From Macrostomum lignano (taxonomy: Eukaryota): DNA of 64,000 bases. The stretch is from contig NIVC01002428.1 of NCBI GenBank assembly GCA_002269645.1, positions 1 through 64,000 on the forward strand, written 5' to 3'. Each line of letters begins with the position of its first letter. Positions within the stretch are counted from its first letter, which is position 1. Positions 10,201 through 22,377 of this stretch are shown piece after piece. A program made the position numbers and the translations under genes. The notes below the pieces were generated by a model, which was not told the origin of the DNA, ran no database searches, and saw nothing but the letters and a program-made list of their open reading frames with translations.

Positions 10201-12828
10201 TGAAAGTAGCTTACATGTTAATGTGCTGAGTGGCCCATCTAGTTATACCTTTGTGGTTCACCTTTACTTGTCGTTGTTGTCTCTGTTGTTGTCTGTCTAG
10301 TTTATTCTTATCTCTCTCTCTCCCTCTCTCGCTGGCTTCTGATTATATAATTATTTTTTAGCTTCACCGCTCTCCAGCTATACTTTGACAGTTTTTCTCA
10401 TCAAACTTGTGACTGCAGAGTGCGAAAGAACATTGTGTACTTTAAAAATTAAAATTATAAAAATAGAAAGATTCTTACAATAATGTAATCCGCATTCCAT
10501 GGGCGCTCATTCCAGATCTACAATGAACGCGATAGAATCGATAGCTTCCAGTTAGTTTCAAGTTACACCGTTAATAACATTGGTCAAGCTAGATAGCAAT
10601 CGAGGTCGCTTACACCCAGGTACTCCATATGAAGCCCGTGCACAGCCTTGGCGCCCTTCACCCAGGTCATGATGTAGCGCAGCAGGTTGCTGGAGTTGTT
10701 ATAGTACGGGTCCAGGTCCGGTCCGCCAATCCAGCCGGGAAAAACCCACGGCAGTCCGTAGAGTTTTATATTATTGTTAATCTGTGGGAAATTTAGAGAA
10801 AATTATTCGATACAGAAATTCTACTGTAAGTAGAAATATGAGAAAATTGACGTTTCAGACAGGATTGCGCGTAAAAAAAGAATAGCGTAATTATCAGCGG
10901 ACAGGCCATCGCTGATAAGCCCGGTTAGCTCAGTCGGTAGAGCATGAGACTCTTAATCTCAGGGTCGTGGGTTCGAGCCCCACATTGGGCGAAGTTTTTT
11001 TCTGTTGAATTTTTAAAAATCTGGGATGAAAATTTGAAGTCATTTTCAAAGTAGTCAAATGCCAATTAGCATATTTTTAAGGAACGCAATTTTTTAAATA
11101 TATTTTTCGAATCAGTCCGGCGTTTTTCACGCACAAGATTTTGGCATATCAATTAGAGTGAAAGTTTCTAGTGTCGAATGCTGTTAAAGATTTTCAGCAC
11201 ATATGCATTTTCTATATTTGTCACTGCTGGTAATTGAGATAACTATCGATCTGCCAAGATATTCAACATTCCCTGCTACTGTATGTCTTCGTGTACTTCA
11301 TACAGAGTGTAGGTCAAACGGTCAAGGTATGTTGAAAAGCTAACCTTATAATGGGGACAAGCTTGCCCTGTTGGAGTCGTTGCTTTAGACGATAGCAGTA
11401 GAAGAAAAGGTAGATAAGCTTTGTGCCAGGGAAGTGATGTGCATGTCACGAAGGGTAGAAAGGATATAGACGAGCTAGGGATCGAGTGAGGTGGGTGCCA
11501 CGGGGGTAGAAAGGATAGAGAGAAGACGAGCTGGGGAGTGAGGTGGGTGCCACGAGGGTAGAAAGGATAGAGAGAAGACGAGCTGGGGAGTGAGGTGGGT
11601 GCCACGAGGGTAGAAAGGATAGAGAGAAGACGAGCTGGGGAGTGAGGTGGGTATCACGAGGGGTAGAAAGGATAGAGAGAAGACGAGCTGGGGAGTGAGG
11701 TGGGTATCACGAGGGGTAAAAAGGATAGACAGAAGACGAGCTGGGAAGGTGGTTGTCACGAGGGGTAGAAAGGATAGAGAGAAGACGAGCTGGGGAGTGA
11801 GGTGGGTATCACGAGGGGTAGAAAGGATAGAGAGAAGAATAGCTGGGGAGTGAGGTGGGTGCCACGAGGGGTTTAAAGGACTGAGAGGAGGCAGCTGAGG
11901 AGTGAGGTGGGCACTTGAAGTGCTCATGTATAGCCAAACCTTTTTAACATCTTTCATCAGCGACCACTCGTAGCCGCGGTCAAAGCTGACATCGTCGGCT
12001 GTGTGCATGTGCGATGACTCGGTGCCATCGGTGCTCTGCGAATCGCCACCGATCTCCACTTTGAGGATCTGCAGGGCGGCGCCAAATTTCGGCTGTTTGG
12101 GGTGGGGAAGTGAGAGAGGTGAATTTTGTACACGAACTCCAATGAATTGTAAGTTTGAAGCTGGAAGACTCCAGCCGTTCAGTTATCGCAAGTTAGATAT
12201 TACCTTAAAAAGGTAATTCAGAATTTGGTTATATTTTCTTGGAAACTTGGCAGCGTAGGAACTCAGCAATTTCGACGTTGCCTGCAATTGAAACACAAAA
12301 AGTATGTCAAGTTTCTGTCAAGTTTCTGGACAGATTGAATGTGAATAATATAGGATTTAAAGCAAAAAGGATTAAGCTTAACTCCCGTAATTGATCGCCA
12401 ATTGAAAAAGAGCGGGGAGTGGGGTGGGTTCCCAAGGGGTAAAAGGGACGGAAAGGAGACGAGTGGGGAGTGGGGTGGGTGCATAGAGGGTAGAAAGGAC
12501 GGAAAGAGACGAGTGGGGAGTGGGGTGGGTGCATAGAGGGTAGAAAGGACGGAAAGAGACGAGTGGGGAGTGGGGTAGGTGCACAGAAGGAAGAAAGGAC
12601 GGAAAACTCATGAGTACTAGCAGACGACAAAATTATATAAAAGTCGCCACTCACTCCCCCACCGCTGATGCCGCCGATGCCTTCAAACTTTTGCGCCAAG
12701 CCGCCAGCAAGGCTGAATTTGATCTCGGCGGCTGGTGCTGACTTCGGCAGCGACAGAGCCTGTATGCTCAGAGCCAGTAGGGCCGTCAAGATCACGGTGA
12801 CAGCTGGTCTATGTGGAACTCGGATCAT
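7244..12828 (-). CDS. GALC: Galactocerebrosidase (GH59), exons 1-8; 3' exons not in window
   Basis: Phase-consistent GT-AG exons: 12828-12655, 12281-12204, 12092-11940, 10781-10614, 10517-10479, 8431-8142, 7732-7608, 7473-7244 (419 aa). Signal peptide, [56 protein letters not shown], catalytic IWNE and [33 protein letters not shown]. Confidence 0.95.
7833..8122. repeat. Minisatellite, 31-bp unit
   Basis: ttaaactggagagactggggtgcaggggtaa, about 9 copies, ending 20 bp from the GALC exon 6 donor. Confidence 0.95.
8783..9421 (+). CDS. CHMP4: ESCRT-III Snf7/CHMP4-family protein, intronless, nested antisense in GALC intron 5
   Basis: GCCGCCATG start; 212 aa with [34 protein letters not shown]+.[52 protein letters not shown] and a C-terminal [11 protein letters not shown]. 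Confidence 0.95.
   Translation: MRRLFGAKPKTQTPTDCIARLRSTEELLQKKIAHLEKKIEQETETAKRLASTNKKGALQALTRKKRYEKQIQQLDGTLSTLEFQREALENASMNREVVSSMKTASEAMKTANKGVGVDDINKLMDDIQEQREIAEELTNAISAPSSGSSELDDDELMAELQQLEQQDKVPQAAEPSLQLPEPVRDPLPADGAKKKKKQKDDEDLEKLQAWLA
10919..10991 (+). tRNA. trnK-CTT: tRNA-Lys(CTT)
   Basis: 73 nt, GCCCGGTTAGCTCAGTCGGTAGAGCATGAGACTCTTAATCTCAGGGTCGTGGGTTCGAGCCCCACATTGGGCG; intact A and B boxes and stems; anticodon CTT. Confidence 0.97.
10995..11001 (+). terminator. RNA polymerase III terminator (T7)
   Basis: T-run starting 3 nt after the tRNA 3' end. Confidence 0.85.
11455..11912. repeat. Purine-rich minisatellite, ~52-bp unit (GALC intron 3)
   Basis: gagctggggagtgaggtgggtgccacgagggtagaaaggatagagagaagac, about 8 copies. 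Confidence 0.9.
12412..12606. repeat. Purine-rich minisatellite, ~50-bp unit (GALC intron 1)
   Basis: gagtggggagtggggtgggtgcatagagggtagaaaggacggaaagagac, about 4 copies. Confidence 0.9.
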
Positions 12829-14389
12829 TGGTACTATTTTGCGGTCGGAGTCCAAGATCTCTAGGTGTTTGGAAACAATTAAAGTTACAGATGATGCTGC
12901 GAGCGCAGTTTTAAAAAGGTGAAAGCTTGGCTTCAACTTGTTACTGATCTTGTCTTAGCCAACTAAAATGGCAACGTCCATGCACTCTTCCCAGAAACTG
13001 CGTGTCGAGAAGCAGTGGGGCCAGAAAATTGCTTATCTCTAAGCTATATCTGCTGCCTAATGATATACTGCGACCGTGTTGTTCGATTTGTACACGGCCT
13101 GAAGTTAAAGGCAAGCCATTTGAAAAGCAGCCAATAATGAAAATAAAAAATTTCCAGTCTAAGAACTTATTTATTTGACATCCTTTGTTAATAAAATACC
13201 GCGCATTGCAATTTAACAATATAAATGATACTTTTTTGCTATGCATCTATTTGGAACTAGGAGTTGCAAAACCGGTTTCACCAAAACTATGAACCAGTAA
13301 ACAGGTACTTTTCGCGGTTTCTATTTTCAAAAAATGCCGATTGTCTTACAATGAATAATGATTTTTACTTTCTGAGACTTGAAAATACACTAATTTATAG
13401 AGAGATAAAGTAGTTTTTACAAATTAATAACAAGAATTTCCAAGCAATTTCCGACTAAGGTATGCAAGGGCAGGAATGAATCTGTGCAGTAAGTATAGTC
13501 TGGACACAAGTTTATTTTGTTTGTTTGTTTAACCAGAAACCCACAAAGAAAGAAAGACAAGAAAAGACATGGATGGTGAGGCTGTGGGTTTTAGCGACCG
13601 GGCCCTAGTTCACCCCACCCAATCTTCCGTTGTTTGTTTAACTAGAGAGGCCGAGGGCAGGGTGCATGCAGGTTGGGGACGCTGTCTGTTTGGCCCGTTT
13701 TCCGCGATCAATTATAACGACAAGGCCAACCACACGCCAAGGCCAAGCCCTCTAAAATTCTACTCCATAAGTAGACTTTTCCCTTTAATTAATCTTACCT
13801 GCATCGAGAAAATACTTGTTGTTGGCTTTTGCCGAAAGGGCAAGAACTGTGACAGTATCGGACAAGATATAAATGATAAAAATCGTACACTTGTGAACCC
13901 CTCCCTTGTAGAGGTACCCCTCCAAACCTAGCAGACTACTAAAAGTCGTAAGATAAAAATATGAATACAGTTTAAATATAGCAAGCGTCATACTCTTAAG
14001 TAATACCAGTAATATCACGAAAACAGCGAACGTGTTCATTCCATAGTTCGAAAAAACGGTTTTCAACGGTCTATTTCCAAAAATGGTAATTTTAACCTAA
14101 ATACGACCCAAGTCTCACCCTTTTCTATTCAAAACCCTGAAATTCTGTTCTGAGACCGCAAGTCTGGGAGCAGAATTTTGTGATCACTTACTGTCGCGGG
14201 CACCTCTTCTTAGCGGGCGGATTCGTAGAGCTTGTCTCCTCATTGTGGTTTCCTCCGGAGTTTCTTGGATTCTGAAGCCGGCCGAGTACGAGTATAAGAG
14301 CACTTTAGCGAATGTAGTGAGAAATATATCCGTCGATATTAATGTATTTGGTGTGATCAGTAATCAGAGTCATCCGGGATGCGCCCTAG

Positions 14390-15292
14390 TAACAAACAAC
14401 TACAACAGAATACGCGTTCAGCGTCACAGGGCGCGCCTCAAGGCCAGGTCGCGAATGAACGCTACGCCGCTGGCCGAATCCGGGGCCCCGGCGTCAGCCA
14501 GCAGGCAGTCGACGAAACGCAGAGTGCGGGCCTGCCCCCGCCGGTAGGGTGCCTGCAGCGTTAGCAGCAGCATCTCTTGCACCTGCTGTGGGCAGTACGA
14601 CTCGGGCGCGGATGATGTGGCTTGCCAGCTGGACTCGCCGACGGCGCAACGGGTCGCTTGGGACGGACCAGACCGCCGAGGTAGACGAACTGCTGACAAC
14701 GCGGAAGCTCTGTCGCCTGTCCATCAGCCCCTCGGCACAAAATCGCAGCCTCGATGTCGTCCGGCACGCAGAGCACGACGGTCTTCTGCGTGTTGACCAC
14801 CAGGCCGACACTCGCCGCAACAGCAACTAGCTTGTCCAGTTGTCACTGGGCGCCCTCGACAGTGCGAGATCGTCGGCGTAGCCAAGCACGCTGAGCCGTT
14901 TCTCCGGTTTACGTCGACCCACGCGTTGCCGCAACAGAAAGCCGTGGTTGTAGGTAGGAAAAGCGGTCTGCAGCACCCAGTCAAGCACCAGAACGAACAG
15001 GAACGGCGCAGGCGTATCTCTCTGAAGCACCCCGGAGGATGTCTCAAAGAAGGCGGATAGGCCGTCCGGTGTTGAAACAGTACCTTTCATATCGCGGTAC
15101 ATCACCATGATTGCGGAAATCAGCTGCTCTGGCACGTTGTACGCACGGAGCACCTTATGGGAGCACAGAGCTGATGACCGAGTCGAATGCCTTCTTGAAA
15201 TCTATAAAGATAAGATAACAATCAGGATCGACTGGCGTGTCCGTGCCTCCTCGATGACTCAGCAAAGAGCCAGGATCTGCCCAGGCCCTGAA
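14390..15292 (-). mobile_element. 5'-truncated RTE-clade non-LTR retrotransposon (RT fragment)
   Basis: QILAL..VIEEARTRQSILIVIFIDFKKAFDSV, GVLQRDTPAPFLF, LSVLGYADDLA; ACA-repeat tail near 14390; same family as the 25.9-29.0 kb copy, with internal deletions. Confidence 0.9.
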
Positions 15293-16962
15293 ATGCGCCA
15301 TGTGACATGTCTCACACCTGACTGGCTGACAATGCATTTTGTCGTTGTTTGTGGTGTTTTGTCGTAGGGGTCACGTAATGCGTGATCTTGTTCTTCTAGT
15401 GCTTCATCTGCAGTAACAAAGCTTTCTCCATCTTCCAAAAGCTCGTGACTTATTATTCTTCTACCATGTTGAATGCGTGCGTCTATTTGCAGCCAAAGGG
15501 ACGCCAGTAGCACTGAAAATGACTAAATTAAGTGCTCGGATAAATGGCGGCCTCTCCGACTGAACCGCGCAAGACAGAGCAAAGAGCCAGCCAATCAAAA
15601 CCCGGCCCGGGGCAGGGCGCAGCCCTTGTGCCACAACAGGGCTGGCCGCAGTCAACCAGCGCAGAGCACGGAGCAGGGCGCACGTCAGGGGATGGGCAAG
15701 CCAAAGCCCTGCAGCCAACCAGGCCGGCCGCTGGGCCTAACGCCTAACCCGCCCCCACCCCTTAGCCAGCCTAAAAGTGCACCGCGCCTTTGACAAACCG
15801 AAAAGGGAACATGCACTGCACACTTATAAACTTATTTTTTAATTTGTGGGATAGACGAAATATTTACTTTGTGAGTTTTAGTCCGTAATAATGCCAAGCT
15901 CTCAATCCGGTGTACATCTAGCCAGAGATACATTGAGTCAATTCACTTCTGTATGAGCTAACTAAGTTGTTTTTTAATAGATTCCTGAGTCGTAAATCGT
16001 ATTCGTATACGCTCGTATTAGCTTAGAATTTTAATGAAGACAAGGGAAGTTACGAAAATCGAAACACACGGAACGGGACGCTTTAACCGACTTAATTACG
16101 ATTACACTGGTCGGATCTGTAGTACAATGATAGATCAAAGGCTAGATGTACAAAGATGTAAGCGGACTAAATGATTTTATTTGGTGTGTACTGCCCACTG
16201 CTAGTCTATAAATCTGCATGGAAAATACACTCAGCAACATGTTAAAGTTTTCACCCCAGAACCAGTGGTCAACTTTCCTCAGTTATCAGACCCAAGTGAC
16301 GCAATTCACACCACGTCCGCGGGGCTCGTATGGGCTGACTTCGCAATCAAGCTGATATGAAGAAAAATAAGCTATTATTATTGTTTTGTCAATGATAATA
16401 TTAAGAATTAATTAATTTATTCATTTTAGCTTCGGGGCTTCTTGGCTTCGGGGTGGAATCTTTAGCATGTTGCTGAGCGTATGTGTAATAAACATGTTAA
16501 GGATGCATCGCTGTGGCCGCGTGCAATGGAACTCTCCTGACTCCTTAATCCTTACAAGATGGTGCTAACGATTCTGGCTCTTAGATCGCTGTTCCGTGCT
16601 ATACAACTAAAAGTAATGTTAAAGATCTCGAGAGACCTACACTCGTAGTTGAATCTGTTGAATAAGAGAGCACTCTGAGAAAAACTCCCAGCTTCTAGTC
16701 CTAACTCTGACTCTTCATGCATTACTAGCTAAGAGCACTCTTGACTCCTAGTCCAATGATTTGTGCACTCCCCAGCTCTTAATTTTATAGCACGGGCCCC
16801 CTGATACTCCCTGTGTTCAGAACTCTTCGCTCGTTACTGTATTATACTCTACCTGTTATAATAAAATTGGCCTATGCACTTTGCTAGCTAGAATTTTGCC
16901 AGCTTCTTCTGACCGAAATTATAACTTTGTTAAATCTGCTCAATATTAACTCAATTTAACTT

Positions 16963-17386
16963 AGCAGTGGCTCAATGGAGGGTTGGTGAGATGCAATGGC
17001 TCAATGGAGAGGTGTTGAGATGCAGTGGCTCAATGGAGAGTTGCTGAGATGCAATGGCTCAATGGAGAGTTGCTGAGATGCAGTGGCTCTATGGAGAGTT
17101 GCTGAGATGCAGTGGCTCAATGGAGAGTTGCTGAGATGCAATGGCTCAATGGAGAGGTGCTGAGATGCAATGGTTCAATGGAGAGGTGCTGAGATGCAAT
17201 GGCTCAATGGAGGGTTGCTGAGATGCAATGGTTCAATGGAGAGGTGCTGAGATGCAGTGGTTCAATGGAGAGGTGCTGAGATGCAATGGCTCAATGGAGG
17301 GTTGCTGAGATGCAATGGTTCAATGGAGAGGTGCTGAGATGCAGTGGCTTAATGGAGGGTTGCTGAGATGCAATGGTTCAATGGAA
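16963..17386. repeat. Minisatellite, 29-bp unit
   Basis: gcaatggctcaatggagagttgctgagat, about 14 copies. Confidence 0.95.
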
Positions 17387-17448
17387 ATTCTAAGGCTCTA
17401 AGATTCCAAGGGGATCCTTAGGGCTTGACAGATCGATATCAAGGGTAA

Positions 17449-17723
17449 GGAGAACAACGGCCTGCGCCTCCCCGAGGTGACCTCCGGAGGACCGCAAGGC
17501 CCACACGAAATGCAGGCCAACAACGGGCCCTTCCCGACGCCCGGCACCGCAACGCAGTCTCTTCGCCGCCCAATTGGTATCTGGCGGTCACCCTGCCGAT
17601 TAAATGCCGCGGCAGTTTTCGAGAACTACACCGCGGTGTTGAACTTCCTCAGGAAGGCGGGCGCCATCTGACGCCCGGTGCCATGGGCCCTAGCTCGAGA
17701 GCGCCCGAATGGAAGAAGAAGAA
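17449..17723 (+). mobile_element. 5'-truncated LINE 3' end (275 bp) with (GAA)n tail and 14-bp TSD
   Basis: Perfect direct repeat gatatcaagggtaa at 17435-17448 and 17724-17737. The ORF end AVFENYTAVLNFLRKAGAI* resembles the VL.FL+..G C-termini of I/Jockey-group ORF2. Tail ggaagaagaagaa. Confidence 0.85.
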
Positions 17724-19102
17724 GATATCAAGGGTAATGCTTTTCACCTTTAAATATCGCAATAAATCTCAGAGTTTTCTTCAAAAATTGTCTACTTATT
17801 TTATCGAAGTCTCGAACTCAAAAACAGTATATTGAGTGCTCTCTGCAGCTCTGAAATCTTAATCACAAGTACATGTACACTTTGAAAAGGTAAAAGGTAA
17901 CGGGTGCATTTACGCCCGCACCTCTGTTGAAAGCAGGATATTGAATTCTACTCTTTGCCAATAAATTCTCAGTTCTGGCTTAAATATTACTCACTTTTGG
18001 ATGGTGAGTCTATGCTGTGAGGCGATTTGTTAGCTGACTTTCATCCAGCTGACTTTCTAATCGTCCCTAAGAAAGGCACAGAGAACCCCTCTACATACAC
18101 TTTCTGTGCCTTGGGGGTTGGCCTTCATGGGTGTAAATCATGCACAAGTCCCAAATGAATGTTCGTGCACGGAATGGAACCAGGGGGTTGCTGTGCGAGA
18201 GTCGGAGTCAGTGCGACTGCAGAGCTGTCCCCCCTCTCCCTAAGACAAGGGTGTTACGAGCGTACGTTGCTTTATAACCGAGACAGTCTGCTAGAAGATG
18301 GTGTTTTACTTTGGACAGTGAATTTACTCTACCGCTAAACAGCGTACAAAAACGAATCAAGCAAAATTACGAGTTGCCAATTTGCGAGTGAAATTGCAAA
18401 TCAGAAAGTTAATTACCGCGATTTTATTTGATGGATTTGTAGAATTATGACTCTTTAACTCAAGTTCATATTATTCATCATCAATATGCGAGTAAAAACG
18501 CAGAAAGTTTTGATTTTACAAGTAGGTGTGTAAAGCAAGGGAACCACACAAAATAAAAATAATAACACAGCAACATGTTTTGCCAACTAAATCAGTATAT
18601 GACACAGAACTCTGTCAAAAAATGTTTTCTTATAGTCGCTTTGACCTATTTTTGAAGCTAGTGTGTCCGACAGAAATCAACTCAAAAAAATAAAGACATT
18701 TTTTTGTTTATCAGCCTTCCAAAAATCCAAAAATAGCCTTTTTTATTCAGTATGCTAGGAGTAAAAATAATTGAGTACATCAAAGTAAGCTTCATCTTTT
18801 GATACGAGTCAGCTTAGTTAAGTAAACAGATCAAGACTCTTCAACTTTGTAGTTGCCACCGCCAACCTAAAAGTGGAATGATAATTACAATTCAAATCAA
18901 TAAATATCAAATGGTTATCATATCAAATCATATGGCAAATTCAGAACAATACATATAAACCATAAAAGGGACCTGAACTTAATTACAATTTTAAATTTAG
19001 ACAAATTGCATGATTTCAAAATAAGACCTCTTTTGTCACCAAATCGATAATAACGGCAATTGCACAGGTAAACATAGTTGAATTTTTAAGAAGCTCAAGT
19101 GA

Positions 19103-19738
19103 TTAAATTGGTTTTATAATTACCTTCGGTTTGTTGGGGTTGTTTTCTAAAAGCCAATTAGCAAGCCAAGTGATGGGATCGTTTGGCTTTTTCTTGCAGA
19201 GTTCAGTCAGGCCCTTAAGAACAGTGGGATTAACGGTGCGAGCTAGGTAGGACTTGGCGGCCTCTCCAATCGGAATGGGCTCCACAATGCTGTCCGGAAA
19301 GAAAAAACGAATCTCCTTCTCAGCAGTCGTAAAGCTATCACTTCCGTGTAGTGCATTCTGCTGATCGTCTGTGCCGTATTTTGCTCTCAAGCAGTCCGGA
19401 TGAGTCTGTTTTGCAATCAGAGAGTTTGTAGGTCCAATGAGCTCTCGCCAGGAACTGATGGCTTGATCTTTGGCGAGAACCAACGCAACAACAGGTCCGC
19501 TACTCATGTACGTAATCAGACTTGGAAAGAACATCTTTCCGAAATGCTCCGCGTAGAATTCACTGGCTTGTTCGGGTGTCAGTTGAACCTTCCGCTTTTG
19601 TAGGACAGAAAATCCATAGCGAGTAATAACATCCTCAATCTCGTCAGCATGGTGGACCGCGTCAGGCTTTATGACTGCGAGCGTTCTTTCAACGTAAATC
19701 TGTGGCTTTGACATCTTATTTTCTCCTTCTTCAGGCAT
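19103..19738 (-). CDS. NME5: Nucleoside diphosphate kinase homolog 5 (NDK + Dpy-30 domain), intronless
   Basis: IYVERTLAVIKPDAV, FYAEH.GKMFFPSL..YMSSGP, WRELIGPTNS, LRAKYGTD..QNALHGSD, EIRFFFP; Dpy-30 motif VNPTVLKGLTELCKKKPNDPITWLANWLLENNPNKP. Confidence 0.96.
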   Translation of the reverse strand: MPEEGENKMSKPQIYVERTLAVIKPDAVHHADEIEDVITRYGFSVLQKRKVQLTPEQASEFYAEHFGKMFFPSLITYMSSGPVVALVLAKDQAISSWRELIGPTNSLIAKQTHPDCLRAKYGTDDQQNALHGSDSFTTAEKEIRFFFPDSIVEPIPIGEAAKSYLARTVNPTVLKGLTELCKKKPNDPITWLANWLLENNPNKPKVIIKPI

Positions 19739-20475
19739 TTAGATCCGCAATTTTCTGTCCTTTAAGTTATAATAATAATATACAGATAATAATAGCTAAT
19801 CGAGCCAACAACAAGGTTAAACTAATAAGAAAAAATATAAAGATTTATAATGTCAAACTTTCGTAAGTATCTTGACAACACTATTGTATATATAAATAAT
19901 GTTTATTATCTAAAAAGATATCTTCAATTTTTTTGAACTTGTAGAATTAAATAGCCTTTGTAGTCAAGACTACAAAGTTTGCAGCTAATGTTTTGTTTAA
20001 CTATTTAAAGAAAAAAGTTCCGATTGTATGATCAGATAATTTAATAAGAACTGGGCAAATGTTTGTCTGTAGCTCATGTATTAGGGCCGTGCATATTAAA
20101 GACGCTATACTTTGGGATTTATCTAGTACCTGTAAATTTCACTTAGATGCAAATTAACCTATGATCAAGAAAACGAGTATCAAGATTGAGCAAGTAAAAG
20201 TATTGTTCTTAACTTGACCATCGTCTTTTATTAATCTAAATTTGGGTAATTTAATACGTTAAACATAGGCAACATGGATCGCAATTGATAGGCTGATAGA
20301 ATCAATTAGGAACATAGTCTGCGAACTCAATAGAGGCTGAATTTTTTTAGATCCCACACACAACACCGTCCTTACTCTGCAAAACTGCAAAACAACGAAA
20401 ACAAAAATATAACGATAATAATTTGCGCTGATTTAAGTGACATAAGCATGGAATGTTGCAATCGTGACTCACTGC

Positions 20476-22377
20476 CATAGTTCGGAACACTCTGTATGTA
20501 CCCCGGAAAAAAAACTACCAATTTTTTTTGTGTACGCCGATGTACGCCATATATCTTTGTGACGTTGTCGTATACAGTGCAGTTATTAAATTTGTCTTCT
20601 ATGTATATATAATTACTTATAGGAGATCGAAAACAAAATCACTTCCAAACATTTGGTACTGTAGCTGCTCATGAATCTTGCACCGAGGATTTTCAGCTCG
20701 AAAGGCTTCATGGAGTGCACCCTATGACTCCGCAATTGCATCCCATTGGTTCATTGCTGCTTCATTGCTTAACGGTGTGGCCGTTTTGTTGTGTGGCTAT
20801 TCCGCGTAACACGCGCCACACGCGGAACGGCCACACGACAAAACGGCCACACCGTCAAAACGGCCACACGACAAAACGGCCACACGATGTAATAATTTTT
20901 TATTTTTTCATTTTTCATTTTTAACAATGGACGACAGTTGTCCAAAGTGTCTACTTAGAGTCAGACCTCGCCAGCATGCATTGTGTCTGAAAGGTGAGTT
21001 GCTATTTATAGTATGCTGTTATAGTTGTAATTATTTGAATTAACTGTAATTGGTAATTATTGTATATCTGCTGCTACTGCAGGAGACGCAGCCGTTTCTA
21101 TAGCTCGCTACAATGCCATGAAGAATGAGACGATGCCATGGTTTTGTCCAAATTGCCTGCTAGCACCCAGCTCAGCTGCTGAGCACAGTGCGGCAGCGGA
21201 ACCCAGCTTAGCTGCTGAGCACAGTGCGGCAGCGGAACCCAGCTTAGCTGCTGAGGAGCGACCTGCCTTACATTTGCGAATAAGGATACCAGCATCTGAC
21301 GCACCTGAAGTTGTTACCAGAAGGTTTAGGTAAGTCGATGCATGTGAAGTTGAGATAAAGCAGATTTTTTTCTACATTCCAATTCTCTACATTTCAGGCC
21401 TCGAGGCTGACTCTGAGACACTTGTAGACAGCTTGCTTAAGTTGCATAGCACAGAATTGGATGTTGGCATTGACGAACCAACAATTGAGCTGGAGCTTCC
21501 AACAGTACTGGAAGAAGAGGAAGAGGCTTTCTTACACAAATATTTTAGCATCTTTTAAAAATTTGCATAACTGCTGGTCGCTCCATAAAATACAATTTCG
21601 TCTTCGCTTCTCTGGTGCTTCCTTTTCGGATCCTTTTCGGCCTACATAAATTTCACAATATCTCAATGCATTTACTTCTTTTGCATTTTGATGTCATAAG
21701 CTGGATCTCATGAGCAATCGATCTGCAACCCTTTTTGTTTTATGTGGCCGTTTTGTCGTGTGGCCGTTTTAACGGTGTGGCCGTTTTGTCGTGTGGCCGT
21801 TCCGCGTGTGGCCGTTTTGACGGGCATCCAAGGAACTGCTGGGCCGCGAAGGTTGGGATGACTCGCGCATTTGAGTCCGATACAACCTAAATGAATGTCC
21901 GGAGTTGTATCTATCAGGAATATCAAATGTCTCACGCCCAAAACATCCCGATAAAAACATATTTAATTTTAAATTGTCTATGTTGAAAACGGAAAGTAAC
22001 TTTTTTATTTATCAGTAAGAACTATTAAAAAGTGACAGATTTATATGTACACAGTTTATTTATAAAATTTAAGTAAAATTTGTGCATTTTTTGTTAAAAT
22101 TACAACTTCACCACGAGCAAAAAACACGAAAGTCAGTTCTGCATCAATCGTGAAATTTTACAGTAAATGCATAATGAACGACTTTGTAACTGTTATTGAT
22201 TTCACTAGGTTACGAATTTTTTGTTTTTTGGTGCATGTTACACACCAAATTAATAATCATGGTTAAACATGTACGCCAAAAGCCTTAGAAAATTACTATT
22301 TGTACGCCAACATGTACGCCAAATTTCTTGACTGTACCCCGGAAATTTCCGGCGTACATGCCCTCTTCCGAACTATG
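20476..22377. mobile_element. Non-autonomous TIR DNA transposon with TSD (MULE- or hAT/P-like)
   Basis: Left end catagttcggaa..atgtaccccggaaa is the inverse of right end tttccggcgtacat..ttccgaactatg. Flanked by GACTCACTGC at 20466-20475 and 22378-22387 (10-bp TSD, or 8-bp if the termini are CCATAG/CTATGG). Subterminal tgtacgcc repeats. Confidence 0.88.
20771..21830. mobile_element. Nested inner element with long repeat-built TIRs carrying a defective spliced PHD-finger ORF
   Basis: (aaaacggccacac)n at ~20815-20885 is inverted at ~21743-21813. Exons 20927-20993 and 21083 onward join in phase to give MDDSCPKCLLRVRPRQHALCLKGDAAVSIARYNAMKNETMPWFCPNC. Confidence 0.7.

Noticed and set aside
11475-12059. 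194-aa ORF and 12307-12936 ORF as standalone genes
   Set aside because: Each is a GALC exon reading through its donor into an intronic minisatellite.
14041-14052. ccatagttcg matching the TIR start of the 20476 transposon
   Set aside because: Only a 10-bp match, with no partner end or TSD nearby.
16430-16870. Possible solo LTR or LTR-PBS junction (ccttaca followed by tggtgc)
   Set aside because: No TG...CA boundaries with TSD and no second LTR or gag/pol sequence.
17885-18250. aaaggtaaaaggtaa as the reverse-strand tail of a LINE/SINE
   Set aside because: Suggestive tail only; no coding remnant or TSD found.
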